Sequence record: MZ443780.1
Strand: one strand, 5' to 3'
DNA length: 64,000 bases
Positions 53,972 through 63,439 of this stretch are shown one piece after another. Numbering within the stretch: position 1 is the first letter of the stretch; each line of letters starts with the position of its first letter. The notes below the pieces were generated by a model. It made no database searches, had not been told where the DNA came from, and saw nothing but the letters and a program-made list of their open reading frames with translations. The position numbers were made by a program, and so were the translations under genes.

Positions 53972-54873
53972 CAGCTACTCCTTTGCGTGAAGCGAAGTTT
54001 AGGGCAGTACATCAGCGTCTTCTGGTTAGGAATAACCTGATCGACTAACTTGAACGGACCCTGATTGCCGACAGCACCAGCAGTGAACATGATCTCGTCA
54101 CTGTAGTTAATGTCGCCATGAGTGAACGTGTTGCAGTGCGCAAGAGCAGCCCACGTAGGTGAAGTAACTGCCGTAGCACTAGGCACATCTACAGAACTAA
54201 GCAGCACACGCATAGCAGACTGCGCGGACGTGCTGGTAGACTTGTAACGATAGCGCTTAGAAGCACGAGGCGCACTTAGCACTAGGCAGGTTGTGTCGCC
54301 TGCAATAGCTGTAGCACTACCGAGTTGATATTCGGTTAGACCGTCATCAGACAGAGCCACCAGCTGGAACGCATCACCAACTGTATTGTTGAATTTGATA
54401 TGCGTTACGGTAACTGCCGTGTCGAACTCGAAGTCTATATCAGTGCCCAGATTACGCGGAGCAGGAACGTAGCCAGTACCTGCACCCATAATCAGTGTGA
54501 TGCTACGATCAGTAAAACCTGAACGAGTGATACGATGAGGCACAAGTTGAGATACCACAAGAGCAGCAGTGCCAATGGTCCCATAGTACGATACCCCTTT
54601 AGGGATGTACTGAGATTGAAGGGCAAGTGCAATCACGTTGCCGTTTTCAATTCCAGTAATAGGGTTTCGCACGATACCGATAGACTGATTGTACATATCA
54701 GCAAGTGACTTATTGTTGAAGGCTGCTTCGAAGCCCTCTTTTGAGGTAGGCAGTTTGCCGCTAAACGCAAAAATATTCCACCCGGCACCTACATTGGGGT
54801 CTTGCAGGAGAGTGTTATTTGTGTTTGTGCCAACAACTGCCTGAGCCATGTTACGTGTGTTAATGATTTTCAT
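53971..54873 (-). CDS. virion fibre paralog, long class
   Basis: IFAFSGKLPT, DFEFDTAV...RASKRYRY, PTWAAL, GAVG. Confidence 0.6.
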   Translation of the reverse strand: MKIINTRNMAQAVVGTNTNNTLLQDPNVGAGWNIFAFSGKLPTSKEGFEAAFNNKSLADMYNQSIGIVRNPITGIENGNVIALALQSQYIPKGVSYYGTIGTAALVVSQLVPHRITRSGFTDRSITLIMGAGTGYVPAPRNLGTDIDFEFDTAVTVTHIKFNNTVGDAFQLVALSDDGLTEYQLGSATAIAGDTTCLVLSAPRASKRYRYKSTSTSAQSAMRVLLSSVDVPSATAVTSPTWAALAHCNTFTHGDINYSDEIMFTAGAVGNQGPFKLVDQVIPNQKTLMYCPKLRFTQRSS

Positions 54874-55328
54874 TAGCTCACCACCGGTGCAACAGATTTG
54901 TTATTCGCTTTCGTGTCGGACAGGTCAAGCTGAGGAACAGACACGCGGAACACGATGTTATCGAACAGCGGTTCAATCGTCTGGTCAGTAACGAAAGAGC
55001 CTGTAGCGATTGGAACATCAATACGAGACTTCCCAGGGTTCGACGCAAAGTTGCGTGGTGTGAACTTGGACTGAACCTGATTCACACCTGCAGGAACAAG
55101 CACAATGCTGTCTGAACTGCTCACCTGCTGATTGAGAATCTGCGACCAGCGATACGCCTGAATAGCAAGCGTTACCGTATCTGCGACACGCTCTGCTGGG
55201 TGCAGTGCGGCCTTCTCATTCGTCATAGGCTTTGACGGTTGTGAGTTCGTACTGATCTCAATCTGAGACATAACGAACACGAAGTCAGCAAAGAGATCTG
55301 GATCATACGCAATGACAGGTACAAACAT
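54873..55328 (-). CDS. putative virion structural protein
   Basis: 151 aa within array; GGAG SD. Confidence 0.55.
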   Translation of the reverse strand: MFVPVIAYDPDLFADFVFVMSQIEISTNSQPSKPMTNEKAALHPAERVADTVTLAIQAYRWSQILNQQVSSSDSIVLVPAGVNQVQSKFTPRNFASNPGKSRIDVPIATGSFVTDQTIEPLFDNIVFRVSVPQLDLSDTKANNKSVAPVVS

Positions 55329-55329
55329 G

Positions 55330-56418
55330 TTATGCTCCTTGTCTCACGCTGTAGCGGTTGATGATTGGCGTGAATGCAGCGTTACCACCTCCGTAGCCAC
55401 CTTGAACCATAACGTTAGTCGCTACAGGCTTCTGCAACGCATACGTGAACTGATCCACCTGAGTACCGTTCAAGAACACAGTGTGCGTGTTGGTCGTTGC
55501 GTCATACACATATTTGATGTGGACAACACTACCAGACCAGAGCGCAGAGTACGGAGAAATTGAGCGCGTGACTTTAGCAGGCGCGGTTCCACCGTTAACG
55601 TTATTCCAGATGAGCAGACCACGTTCGTTAGAACGGTCGAAAGCAATGACCATTCGGTTAGACGCAGCACCGCCGATATTGAGCAGACACCATTCAGCGT
55701 AATCAGAGTTACCTGACTGGTGATAGTCACACTCGATTGTGAATGACTTGCTGCAATCAAAGGCAGTTGGCGTTGAAGTCGTGCAGATACCGTTAGTGCC
55801 TAGGTCGATGCCGCTACCATCAGCAGCAACTTTCAACGCGCCTGACGTAGTGTATGCGTTGCCAATGTAATCGGTAAACGCGCCAGTGTTGAAGCTACCT
55901 GTGTCGAACGCTATCGTTTCGTTACCAGCAAGCCATGTCACGCCAGCAGTCTCAGTCCAGAAGCTCGACAGGCTAATGTTGAACGCAAGAATGGTGATTT
56001 GCGTCTTATAGCCGTTCGGGTCATACTTGATATTCAAGTCAGGATAGAGCAGCGTAACGTCAGTGCCTACAGTCAGACACACAGGCAGAATGCCACCGAG
56101 AATCAAATGGGTTGGCACACCTTCGGCTGTAGCAGTAAGCAGACAGTCAGAGACAGCGATCTTAGTGCGGTCGATTGTGCGCACACAGTTGGTGCCTTTC
56201 GCAAGCACGGTACAAATGCCTGTAGATGCAGCGAGCGCCGCGTCGAATACATAGCCTGCACCTGTCTGCGTCTGATAGTTCAGGCACTTGTTGATATCAG
56301 CTTCGGTAAAACCGGCATTCAACTTGACCAGATAGCAGGACTTATCGTCTGCTGTAGCCTGAGCGAACAAACGAGTCAACTGAGGTACAACAGAGTTTGC
56401 GAATAACTTATAGTTCAT
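55330..56418 (-). CDS. virion fibre paralog with C-terminal ConA/LamG-like lectin domain
   Basis: N-terminal family unit (PTHLI, LTVGTDV); SFTIEC...LLNIG...HIKYVYD..T..VFLNG; GAGG SD before ATG 56418. Confidence 0.65.
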   Translation of the reverse strand: MNYKLFANSVVPQLTRLFAQATADDKSCYLVKLNAGFTEADINKCLNYQTQTGAGYVFDAALAASTGICTVLAKGTNCVRTIDRTKIAVSDCLLTATAEGVPTHLILGGILPVCLTVGTDVTLLYPDLNIKYDPNGYKTQITILAFNISLSSFWTETAGVTWLAGNETIAFDTGSFNTGAFTDYIGNAYTTSGALKVAADGSGIDLGTNGICTTSTPTAFDCSKSFTIECDYHQSGNSDYAEWCLLNIGGAASNRMVIAFDRSNERGLLIWNNVNGGTAPAKVTRSISPYSALWSGSVVHIKYVYDATTNTHTVFLNGTQVDQFTYALQKPVATNVMVQGGYGGGNAAFTPIINRYSVRQGA

Positions 56419-56419
56419 G

Positions 56420-57376
56420 TCATACCTCGGTAGATAGACGGAGCTGGGCGACAGATGCGAACTCACCAGGACCGAGTGATGTGCTTAACAACTCGATAGG
56501 CTTGCCGCTACCAATAGCACCAACTTCACATGCGAAGTAAGTAGGCACGTAGCTGCCGTTTGCCAGAGCACCATAGTTCGTGTCTTGAATGACAACGATA
56601 GCACTCTTAATCGACTTGTACGCTGCGGTGCGACCTACATCCGATGCAGTCACAGGCAGAACGCGACGAGTACCTGACGTCTGAATGAAACGATAACGGT
56701 TCGACTGAGGGATAGACGTGGCAATCACGTTACCTTCTTGGTTAGCAGCAATCGACCAAGCGACAGCAGTACCAACTGTACCAGAGCCATCAATAGGAGC
56801 AATCGTGCCCGCCGCGGCGGTTGATATGTCACCCACATCAGACAGCACTGCGTCAATCGTAACAGCGAAGTCATACGTCAGGTCAGTAGTAGACAGATGA
56901 ATGCCGGGCATCAGTGCATCGTGAGGCACACCTGCATAGTCCCATGGTCTGAACCCAGCAGGACCAATGCCCCACAGAGCTTTGTTACCTGCATCGTTGC
57001 TGGTGTTGTACGCTGTCTGAATCTGAACAGCAGCAACACCGTTATAGCCTACAGGACGCGCTTTCGAAGGATAGTGAATTGTAGCACCGTTCTTGATCTC
57101 GTACACATGACCAGAACGAGCTTTCCACCCTTCTTGCTGGTCCATCAGAGGCAGCAGACCTTCTGTAGTTGGACGCAACACAAGGCGCGTAGCAGCAACA
57201 GCGTTGTCATACAGGTTACGCATGTCGAGCAGATGCTGGGAGAAGTTACCTTGATCGGCAATCTCCGTATCGAAGAAGAACACGTTAACAGTCTGACCGT
57301 TAGCCGCATTCGATGCCCAGCCAGTGCCTAAGTTAAGCACACTGAAAGGCAGTAGGTTGTGACCTAAGATGCGCAT
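56420..57376 (-). CDS. virion fibre paralog, long class
   Basis: VNVFFFD, TYDFAVTI, PTYFACEVGAIGSG. Confidence 0.6.
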   Translation of the reverse strand: MRILGHNLLPFSVLNLGTGWASNAANGQTVNVFFFDTEIADQGNFSQHLLDMRNLYDNAVAATRLVLRPTTEGLLPLMDQQEGWKARSGHVYEIKNGATIHYPSKARPVGYNGVAAVQIQTAYNTSNDAGNKALWGIGPAGFRPWDYAGVPHDALMPGIHLSTTDLTYDFAVTIDAVLSDVGDISTAAAGTIAPIDGSGTVGTAVAWSIAANQEGNVIATSIPQSNRYRFIQTSGTRRVLPVTASDVGRTAAYKSIKSAIVVIQDTNYGALANGSYVPTYFACEVGAIGSGKPIELLSTSLGPGEFASVAQLRLSTEV

Positions 57377-57873
57377 TAGAACTCCTTAGAATCTTTGACG
57401 ACTGTAGCGAGGAATTTACCGTTGCGCAGATTCGCTGCGGACAGAATCAAGTCAGCACCAGAGCCAGCAGCACCGATAGTCAGAATCAGGAAGCCGCCGT
57501 AAGGTGTGCTTGCAATGTCCTTGTTAAACACAATAACATTGTATGCTGTCAGCAAGTCAGAGATAGTCCCGGCAAAAGTACCAGACAGAGTTGCGCTCAG
57601 TCGGAACTTATACTTGTTATCTTGACCGTGAATCCAGCGCACAGGGTTAACAGTAACAGAAGTCAGGTCGAGCACCGCAGTAGCACCGATAGCTGTTTGC
57701 ACTGTAGTGCCGTCGGCAACAACAATGTTAGCAGGGTCAGGCACTTTAGCGAGGCAGATAGTCTTCTGCATATTCGAGAGGCCGTACTTCAACGGCGGAT
57801 CAGAAGCAGGACGTTTACCTGCATCAGGGATCGTAATGCCGTTGGCGACCAGAGGGAATGAAACTATTTCCAT
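57376..57873 (-). CDS. virion fibre paralog, short class
   Basis: LTIGAAGSGADLIL C-terminal family motif; GGAG SD. Confidence 0.6.
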   Translation of the reverse strand: MEIVSFPLVANGITIPDAGKRPASDPPLKYGLSNMQKTICLAKVPDPANIVVADGTTVQTAIGATAVLDLTSVTVNPVRWIHGQDNKYKFRLSATLSGTFAGTISDLLTAYNVIVFNKDIASTPYGGFLILTIGAAGSGADLILSAANLRNGKFLATVVKDSKEF

Positions 57874-57897
57874 TTTAGATCTCCAGTTAACTCGCTA

Positions 57898-57910
57898 TAA
57901 ATTACTGACA
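57898..57910 (-). promoter_or_regulatory. candidate late promoter TGTCAGTAATTTA
   Basis: Identical to 31865-31877; intergenic. Confidence 0.5.
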
Positions 57911-57929
57911 ACAAAGGTTCGTGTAGGAC

Positions 57930-58982
57930 TTAACACCTAAAGGAGCGCTCGATCGCCAGAGGTGTGTAGTCTCTCAATGCAGCTACAGGTTTCTCATTTG
58001 GCAGAATCGCTGAGGCTACATCAAAATCAATTCCCGCTTTAGCCACCAGCACATAGACTGGAGCGCCATAAGCAAACGCGATAGGCATTGCTCCCCATGT
58101 GATAGAGTATGCGGGAGTATCTTCATGAGTACCTTGTCCATAGTACGCAAGATTTTCATTCGCAGGGGCTGTCCCATAGGAACCGGGAGAGTATGATGTT
58201 GTATACGACCAACCTCCACCCGAAAAGTACGTCGTACCGTAAACAACAGATCTATACGGCTGAAATAGACGAGGTGCTCGCGCGAAAGAGTATGCACCAT
58301 GGTTATAAGGTTGATTGGCTGTTATGCCTGGTAATGACTGAGATGCAGTAACAAGGACTGCTGTATCTGCAACTCTGTCCATTGAGTTCACGCCTATATT
58401 TTGCAGATAGGACGTTGTGTTTCTTGACCAATAACCGATACCGCTGCCACCACCGCCATAGATCGTCCCTGACTCTGAGAGCGTTGTATTTGCGTTGGCC
58501 GAGGGTGTCGTATACAAAGACACACTGTAGCTGGTGTTATCAAACGACGGTAGTACCATATCAGAGTATGCAGGCACTGTAGGATTGCTTGTGCCTAACG
58601 TATCAAGCAGACTACCAGAACCATTGAGTGCACCGCCACCTGTATCATCTTTTCCTATGGCATAGTATCGACAGAACAGGTTGAACGCAGTTGTGTTGCG
58701 ACTTTGGTTGGTCTGATCGAATGTAGACTCCTTTCTCACATTCGGAACATAGTTGTAGAACAACTTATTACCAGACCAACCAGCTCCTCTAACACACAGC
58801 ATATTCTTATCTGCATCAACTGAGGCACAGAAAGAGAGTGACGTGTTTATCTTGTCCCACATGTCAGAGAACGAAGACTTGTCAGTTGGTTTTGGTGTGC
58901 TATCAGAAAACAGAAACATGCGCTTTCTGGCTATCTCAACTTTCTTCTCCAACAGCTGGGCACCGTTTGAAACAAAAAGCAT
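57930..58982 (-). CDS. virion fibre paralog, long class
   Basis: RMFLFSDSTPKP; Ser/Thr/Tyr/Gly-rich middle; C-terminal AKAGIDF. Confidence 0.6.
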   Translation of the reverse strand: MLFVSNGAQLLEKKVEIARKRMFLFSDSTPKPTDKSSFSDMWDKINTSLSFCASVDADKNMLCVRGAGWSGNKLFYNYVPNVRKESTFDQTNQSRNTTAFNLFCRYYAIGKDDTGGGALNGSGSLLDTLGTSNPTVPAYSDMVLPSFDNTSYSVSLYTTPSANANTTLSESGTIYGGGGSGIGYWSRNTTSYLQNIGVNSMDRVADTAVLVTASQSLPGITANQPYNHGAYSFARAPRLFQPYRSVVYGTTYFSGGGWSYTTSYSPGSYGTAPANENLAYYGQGTHEDTPAYSITWGAMPIAFAYGAPVYVLVAKAGIDFDVASAILPNEKPVAALRDYTPLAIERSFRC

Positions 58983-58991
58983 AATGCGTCC

Positions 58992-60029
58992 TTACATCAG
59001 ATACAGCGTCTTAGAACCAAATGGCAGTTCAGATTCGATGTTCAGCACAGCAACATCACCAGTGGCCGCGGGTGCGGTCTGTATAATGTCTTGGCCAATC
59101 TTGGCACGAAGCATATATCCTTGTCCGTTACATTTAAACATCATCATGCACGAAGACAAGGTTACGTCAGGGGTATTCGATTTACCTGTAACAGCTACTC
59201 GCATGTTGAAGGCGGCTGCGGCAGTTCTGTCATAACCGCTAACGCCATTTGACGTTGTAGGCACATCCAACGAAGTGAATTGATTGAGGCCGTTAGCGCT
59301 GTATCGTTTACCTACAGGACGCACGAACACTATGTGGTCAGCAGCTAACGATTGTGCTTGCATATCCTGCATGGGCGTAGCAGTTGTTGAGATGAGAACA
59401 TAAGATTGCGTGACAGTTTCCTGTAGCGTACTCAGGTTCATCGACGCGTTCATATAGCCTGCATCGTAGCCACTGTATGTTCCCCAGAAAGGGTCAGTGC
59501 TACGCGCATACTGATTGCCCGCTTTTGAGCTATATGTCTCTATGGAAGCAGACTGTCTAAGGCCATTAGGGAAAACGAGCATCGACTGCGATGGCCAGTA
59601 GTAACCAGACTCGCATGTGTCTTTGCTAGGACCGTTCCAACCGTTGAACACAGGGTTACCGTTAGACCACTGTTGGCCGTTGCCTACAGCCGAGTCGTAG
59701 ACACAGAAGTAACGCTCTGCTGTAGCTTTTGGCGTCTGAGCCGTAGTGTAACTGTTATGCACAGCACTCACGCCAGAAATCAAGTTAGCACTACGCGCAG
59801 GGTAGAAGTAGTTATCTTTGATGCCACTCATAGGACTGAGTGTGATAGACTGAGCGTTTGTGTCTGCGCTGTTTCCCCAAGCCCTGACTTTTGGTATCTT
59901 TGATAGGTAGTGTGCTTCGTCCAGATGTGCGTCTGACAAATCCGCCTGATCGTCAAAGTACATGGCACGATGCAGTGCCAGCGTAGCGATGTTGTTTGCT
60001 TTCTTGTTGTGGTACGTTGCAAAGAGCAT
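58992..60029 (-). CDS. virion fibre paralog, long class
   Basis: AGGAGG SD before ATG 60029; RAMYFDD; C-terminal AKIGQDI. Confidence 0.6.
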   Translation of the reverse strand: MLFATYHNKKANNIATLALHRAMYFDDQADLSDAHLDEAHYLSKIPKVRAWGNSADTNAQSITLSPMSGIKDNYFYPARSANLISGVSAVHNSYTTAQTPKATAERYFCVYDSAVGNGQQWSNGNPVFNGWNGPSKDTCESGYYWPSQSMLVFPNGLRQSASIETYSSKAGNQYARSTDPFWGTYSGYDAGYMNASMNLSTLQETVTQSYVLISTTATPMQDMQAQSLAADHIVFVRPVGKRYSANGLNQFTSLDVPTTSNGVSGYDRTAAAAFNMRVAVTGKSNTPDVTLSSCMMMFKCNGQGYMLRAKIGQDIIQTAPAATGDVAVLNIESELPFGSKTLYLM

Positions 60030-60052
60030 CGTAACCTCCTTATAAATAGGTA

Positions 60053-60982
60053 TCACAGAGCAAACTGGTTACGAGCGTACAGGGAGAACTCTTTCACTGA
60101 GGTAACTGTAGCATTCGTACCAGCCAGAGTGTTTCCGTGTGCGAAGTCTCCATCAGCACTCGAAAGAACGACAGCGCGAAGTGTTGGCCCCTCGTCAACT
60201 ACAAGCAAACCCTTAGTCAACTTGATTGCAGACTCAACGCCACCACTGAAAGCGAAATCACTGGACACAGCATTAGCATACGTTGACGTGTCGCTACGCG
60301 TTGGCGTCGTAATTCGGTTCTGACCGCTGATTAGAAACGAGGGTGACCATTTGAACGCAACAGCCGTACCATTCGTATAGGTAGGTGCGAATATGTTTGT
60401 ACTGTTATCGTCGTTGTAGGCCCAAGATGCAATAGTGGAAGTGGCCTCCGTTGAACCAGAAGGAGTAAACTCTCGGTGCCAATGCGTCCATGCTGCTGCA
60501 TACTGGAGACTCTGTTTAGAGGCTTGCGAGGTGAGTTTCGGGAATGTCATTGTCGTGTTAGTGAATGCGTAAGCACCAACATAAGCAGGACGTACCCATA
60601 TAGGACCTTCACGTTCACCAGCAGCACCTTGAGGGAATGGTATAGAGTTCTCAAGGAAATCAATCTCCGTGCGAGGATTCAGGCCACGCCCCGGATGCAA
60701 CATTGTCTGTATGAAACGCTTATCCGTAGTGAAGTCTGGATCTTCGGACAGGAATGATATCCGCGCAAAGTGAACTCGTTGTGTGCCACCAGCAACACCG
60801 GCCACAGCACCCATCATGCGGTGAGTAACAAGAGTGCTGCCTGACTGAGACTTCACAGTTGCGCGTGTGCTTCTTATCGTATTTTTGAGCGCTGCCATTG
60901 AAGCGAAGTTCAAAGGTGTGGCATCGTCGTAAAAATAGAGAAGTTTTCTTAGGTCTTGTTGTGCAGGGAATATGTATTGCAC
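60053..60982 (-). CDS. virion fibre paralog, long class
   Basis: KLLYFYDDATP; GGAG SD, GTG start. Confidence 0.6.
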   Translation of the reverse strand: MQYIFPAQQDLRKLLYFYDDATPLNFASMAALKNTIRSTRATVKSQSGSTLVTHRMMGAVAGVAGGTQRVHFARISFLSEDPDFTTDKRFIQTMLHPGRGLNPRTEIDFLENSIPFPQGAAGEREGPIWVRPAYVGAYAFTNTTMTFPKLTSQASKQSLQYAAAWTHWHREFTPSGSTEATSTIASWAYNDDNSTNIFAPTYTNGTAVAFKWSPSFLISGQNRITTPTRSDTSTYANAVSSDFAFSGGVESAIKLTKGLLVVDEGPTLRAVVLSSADGDFAHGNTLAGTNATVTSVKEFSLYARNQFAL

Positions 60983-61001
60983 TATCCATCTCCCAGAAGG
61001 T

Positions 61002-61031
61002 AAAAAGGCCCGTACCGTTAAGATACAGGCC
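61002..61031 (-). terminator. intrinsic terminator
   Basis: On - strand GGCCTGTATC-TTAAC-GGTACGGGCC followed by TTTTT. Confidence 0.65.
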
Positions 61032-61037
61032 AGAGGG

Positions 61038-61619
61038 CTACACCAACAGACGACCTGCGATGGTGATCGCTACACCGTTAAGTGTTGTGTCAGCAGTGTC
61101 AGGCGCAACTACACGCAACTGGTCGCCAGCAACAAGAATGATCTCTTGATCCTGATACGCAGCAAGCGGTGTAAACACACCAGTCTTCGAGCCAGCACCA
61201 AACGTCACAGTACCAAGCTGAATAACTGCCTGGGTTGCTGAGTCGTATGCACTGATCTTAAACGCAGCCGCAGCAGTAGCCGCAATGTCAGCGTTGGCCA
61301 TAGAGCCGCCGAAGTTTTTGATGATTGCAGTTGTGCGAACAGACAGGTAACGAGCGATCTCCTGACCACCAGCATAACGCTTGAGCACACTCATGCCTAC
61401 ATCATAGGGATTTACAGACTGCAACTGATTAACCCACTTGGCACGTACTTGACTGTAGACGTACAGGCCAGGTTGGTTAGCACCAGCTACAGCAGTCAGG
61501 TTCCATACGCGACCGTTGCTTGGGTTAGATGGAAAGGTAGGCCCAGATGAGTTTGGATCTCCCGGTGCGCGTGTAATCTGCGCCTGTTCGCCCGCTAATT
61601 GAATACCAAAAGCGTACAT
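61038..61619 (-). CDS. putative tail-fibre/collar-associated protein
   Basis: FPSNPSNG.VW..., Ig-like C-terminal part; AGGAG SD. Confidence 0.55.
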   Translation of the reverse strand: MYAFGIQLAGEQAQITRAPGDPNSSGPTFPSNPSNGRVWNLTAVAGANQPGLYVYSQVRAKWVNQLQSVNPYDVGMSVLKRYAGGQEIARYLSVRTTAIIKNFGGSMANADIAATAAAAFKISAYDSATQAVIQLGTVTFGAGSKTGVFTPLAAYQDQEIILVAGDQLRVVAPDTADTTLNGVAITIAGRLLV

Positions 61620-61630
61620 TGTTTATCTCC

Positions 61631-61849
61631 TTAGGCGATTCGCGCTTCGCCCGTAACTGCATACGGGAAGACGATTTTTACCGTGTTGTTATCAACGATG
61701 ATAACGTCAAGAGGTAGCACTTGATGGAGTTTACCATCAGGCATATTCACGCACGTTGTCACAGCAACTGGACGCCCGAAGTTGTGTGTAATCGTCCATT
61801 CAGATGCTGGCGTTTCTTGCTTGTAGCTACGCCCCATTGAATAGTTCAT
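61631..61849 (-). CDS. 72-aa single 'W.I.HN.G..P' beta domain protein
   Basis: WTITHNFGRPV...DNNTVKIVF; GAGGA SD before ATG 61849. Confidence 0.65.
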   Translation of the reverse strand: MNYSMGRSYKQETPASEWTITHNFGRPVAVTTCVNMPDGKLHQVLPLDVIIVDNNTVKIVFPYAVTGEARIA

Positions 61850-61856
61850 AAGTTCC

Positions 61857-62762
61857 TCACATATCGAAGATGTATTGTGACTGAATACTGGATGATAGAG
61901 CGGCAGTACCGTAACCATCAAGCACAGGCGTCACATGCGCTAAGTCGCTCTCTGCAACCAATGCAATGAGCAACGTGCTTTTCTCATTGACGAAAGCAGC
62001 CATTCCCCATGTAGGAGCAGACACGCCTGGAGTACCACCAGTGATAGGATGATACAAGTTTTGTGTGCCCCAGTAGATAGAGAAGAAAGTGCCGCCTGAG
62101 TTGTTGAAGTTGATATTCCTATATGTGACTGCGTACTGCAACCTGTTAGCTGGGATGCCGTTGGCACCCATAACAATGTTACCGTTGCTCGACCATGAAT
62201 ACGAAGGACCAGCGACGTTAGTGAACGAGTCCAATGTCTCGGGGTACACAAATACACCCATATTGGTTGTATACATGTTGTTGCCCTGCTGACCGTTAAG
62301 CTGCCCGTTAGCAAGAATATTCAGTGTGCGGTCAACACCGTATGCAGCTCTCGCTTGCGGTACACTCTCACCAGACGGCACAGTAATCATACCGAGAGTA
62401 TCACTCAGATTGAGAGCAAACTGACGTTCCATGTATCGGTAGCTGGGCATGGTAGGTTGGTTCACAGGAGCAAGTGTTCCTGATACCGTACCGTTATTGC
62501 TGGCATACGTATGGCTGACCAAACGAGTGTGTAACCAGCGGCGTGTACCATCAGCACTGACACCGGCTGCAGGGTTAAGCGGAATCTCTCCGTTTGTCGG
62601 ATAGTCTCTGGCGCTCGTCACAGATTTTTCAGCACACAACTTAACGAACCCGTTCCATGTCAAAGTGCCCATGTCTGGCTTAGGCGTGGACGCTTCGAAC
62701 AGGAACAGGCTTCGTTCTATCATATGCTTTTGAGCGGTACGTTTTGACGGCACAAAAAGCAT
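61857..62762 (-). CDS. virion fibre paralog, long class
   Basis: RSLFLFEASTPKP; PTWGMAAF. Confidence 0.6.
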   Translation of the reverse strand: MLFVPSKRTAQKHMIERSLFLFEASTPKPDMGTLTWNGFVKLCAEKSVTSARDYPTNGEIPLNPAAGVSADGTRRWLHTRLVSHTYASNNGTVSGTLAPVNQPTMPSYRYMERQFALNLSDTLGMITVPSGESVPQARAAYGVDRTLNILANGQLNGQQGNNMYTTNMGVFVYPETLDSFTNVAGPSYSWSSNGNIVMGANGIPANRLQYAVTYRNINFNNSGGTFFSIYWGTQNLYHPITGGTPGVSAPTWGMAAFVNEKSTLLIALVAESDLAHVTPVLDGYGTAALSSSIQSQYIFDM

Positions 62763-62774
62763 ATGCCACCTACC

Positions 62775-63371
62775 TTAGTACAGAATGACAGTACCAGACT
62801 GCGCACTATCAAACGTGATGGTGAGCTGGCTGTTGCTGTCATGTACGATTGACTTAGGTTGAACCTCTTCCGTACCCTGATAGATGCGCACCGCTGGGTG
62901 ATAGCCGAGGTTGTGAGTAACAACCCACACAGCTTCATCAGTGAATGATGTGGTGAACGCTACGGTAGGAGTAGGCAGACCGCTTTCGATACCAGACAGA
63001 AGCACAGCAGTACCGGCAACGGGTTCAGGGAACAGCACGATAGTCGTGTTTGCATCCTGAGCTTTGATGGAGGAAGGCTGAACCACTTCGCCATTTTCGT
63101 CGTAGCACTGCACGATAGGCGTAGCAGTATTCATGTTGTGGGCAATTTCCCAGCGAGATGACGCAGATGCCTGAGCATAACGGTACATCGTCATTTGCTG
63201 CGTCAGTGGCACCCAGATAGGCAGAGTTTCGAACTCAACACAGAACATAAGACGCTTGTCCATGAAGATTGCCATGCCGGGCTGCGGGTTCTCAGGCCAG
63301 TCAGTTACTTCTGCGAACTTAAAGTTCTTGATTGAGCCGAACGCTAAGTCTAAGCTCCCGATGACTTTCAT
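62775..63371 (-). CDS. fibre-associated protein with two 'W.I.HN' domains
   Basis: WEIAHNMN..P and WVVTHNLGYHP repeats; AGGAG SD before ATG 63371. Confidence 0.65.
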   Translation of the reverse strand: MKVIGSLDLAFGSIKNFKFAEVTDWPENPQPGMAIFMDKRLMFCVEFETLPIWVPLTQQMTMYRYAQASASSRWEIAHNMNTATPIVQCYDENGEVVQPSSIKAQDANTTIVLFPEPVAGTAVLLSGIESGLPTPTVAFTTSFTDEAVWVVTHNLGYHPAVRIYQGTEEVQPKSIVHDSNSQLTITFDSAQSGTVILY

Positions 63372-63390
63372 AAATCTTCTCCTGAAAGGT

Positions 63391-63418
63391 AAAAAGGGCA
63401 GGCAGATGCCCACCCTTT
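63391..63418 (-). terminator. intrinsic terminator
   Basis: On - strand AAAGGGTGGGC-ATCT-GCCTGCCCTTT followed by TT. Confidence 0.65.
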
Positions 63419-63439
63419 ATTTTATGCTACTGAGTCGAA

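Noticed and set aside
60041-60048. Exact T4 late-promoter box TATAAATA on the + strand
   Set aside because: It points against all local genes and overlaps the SD region of a - strand gene; a single copy is best explained by chance AT-richness.
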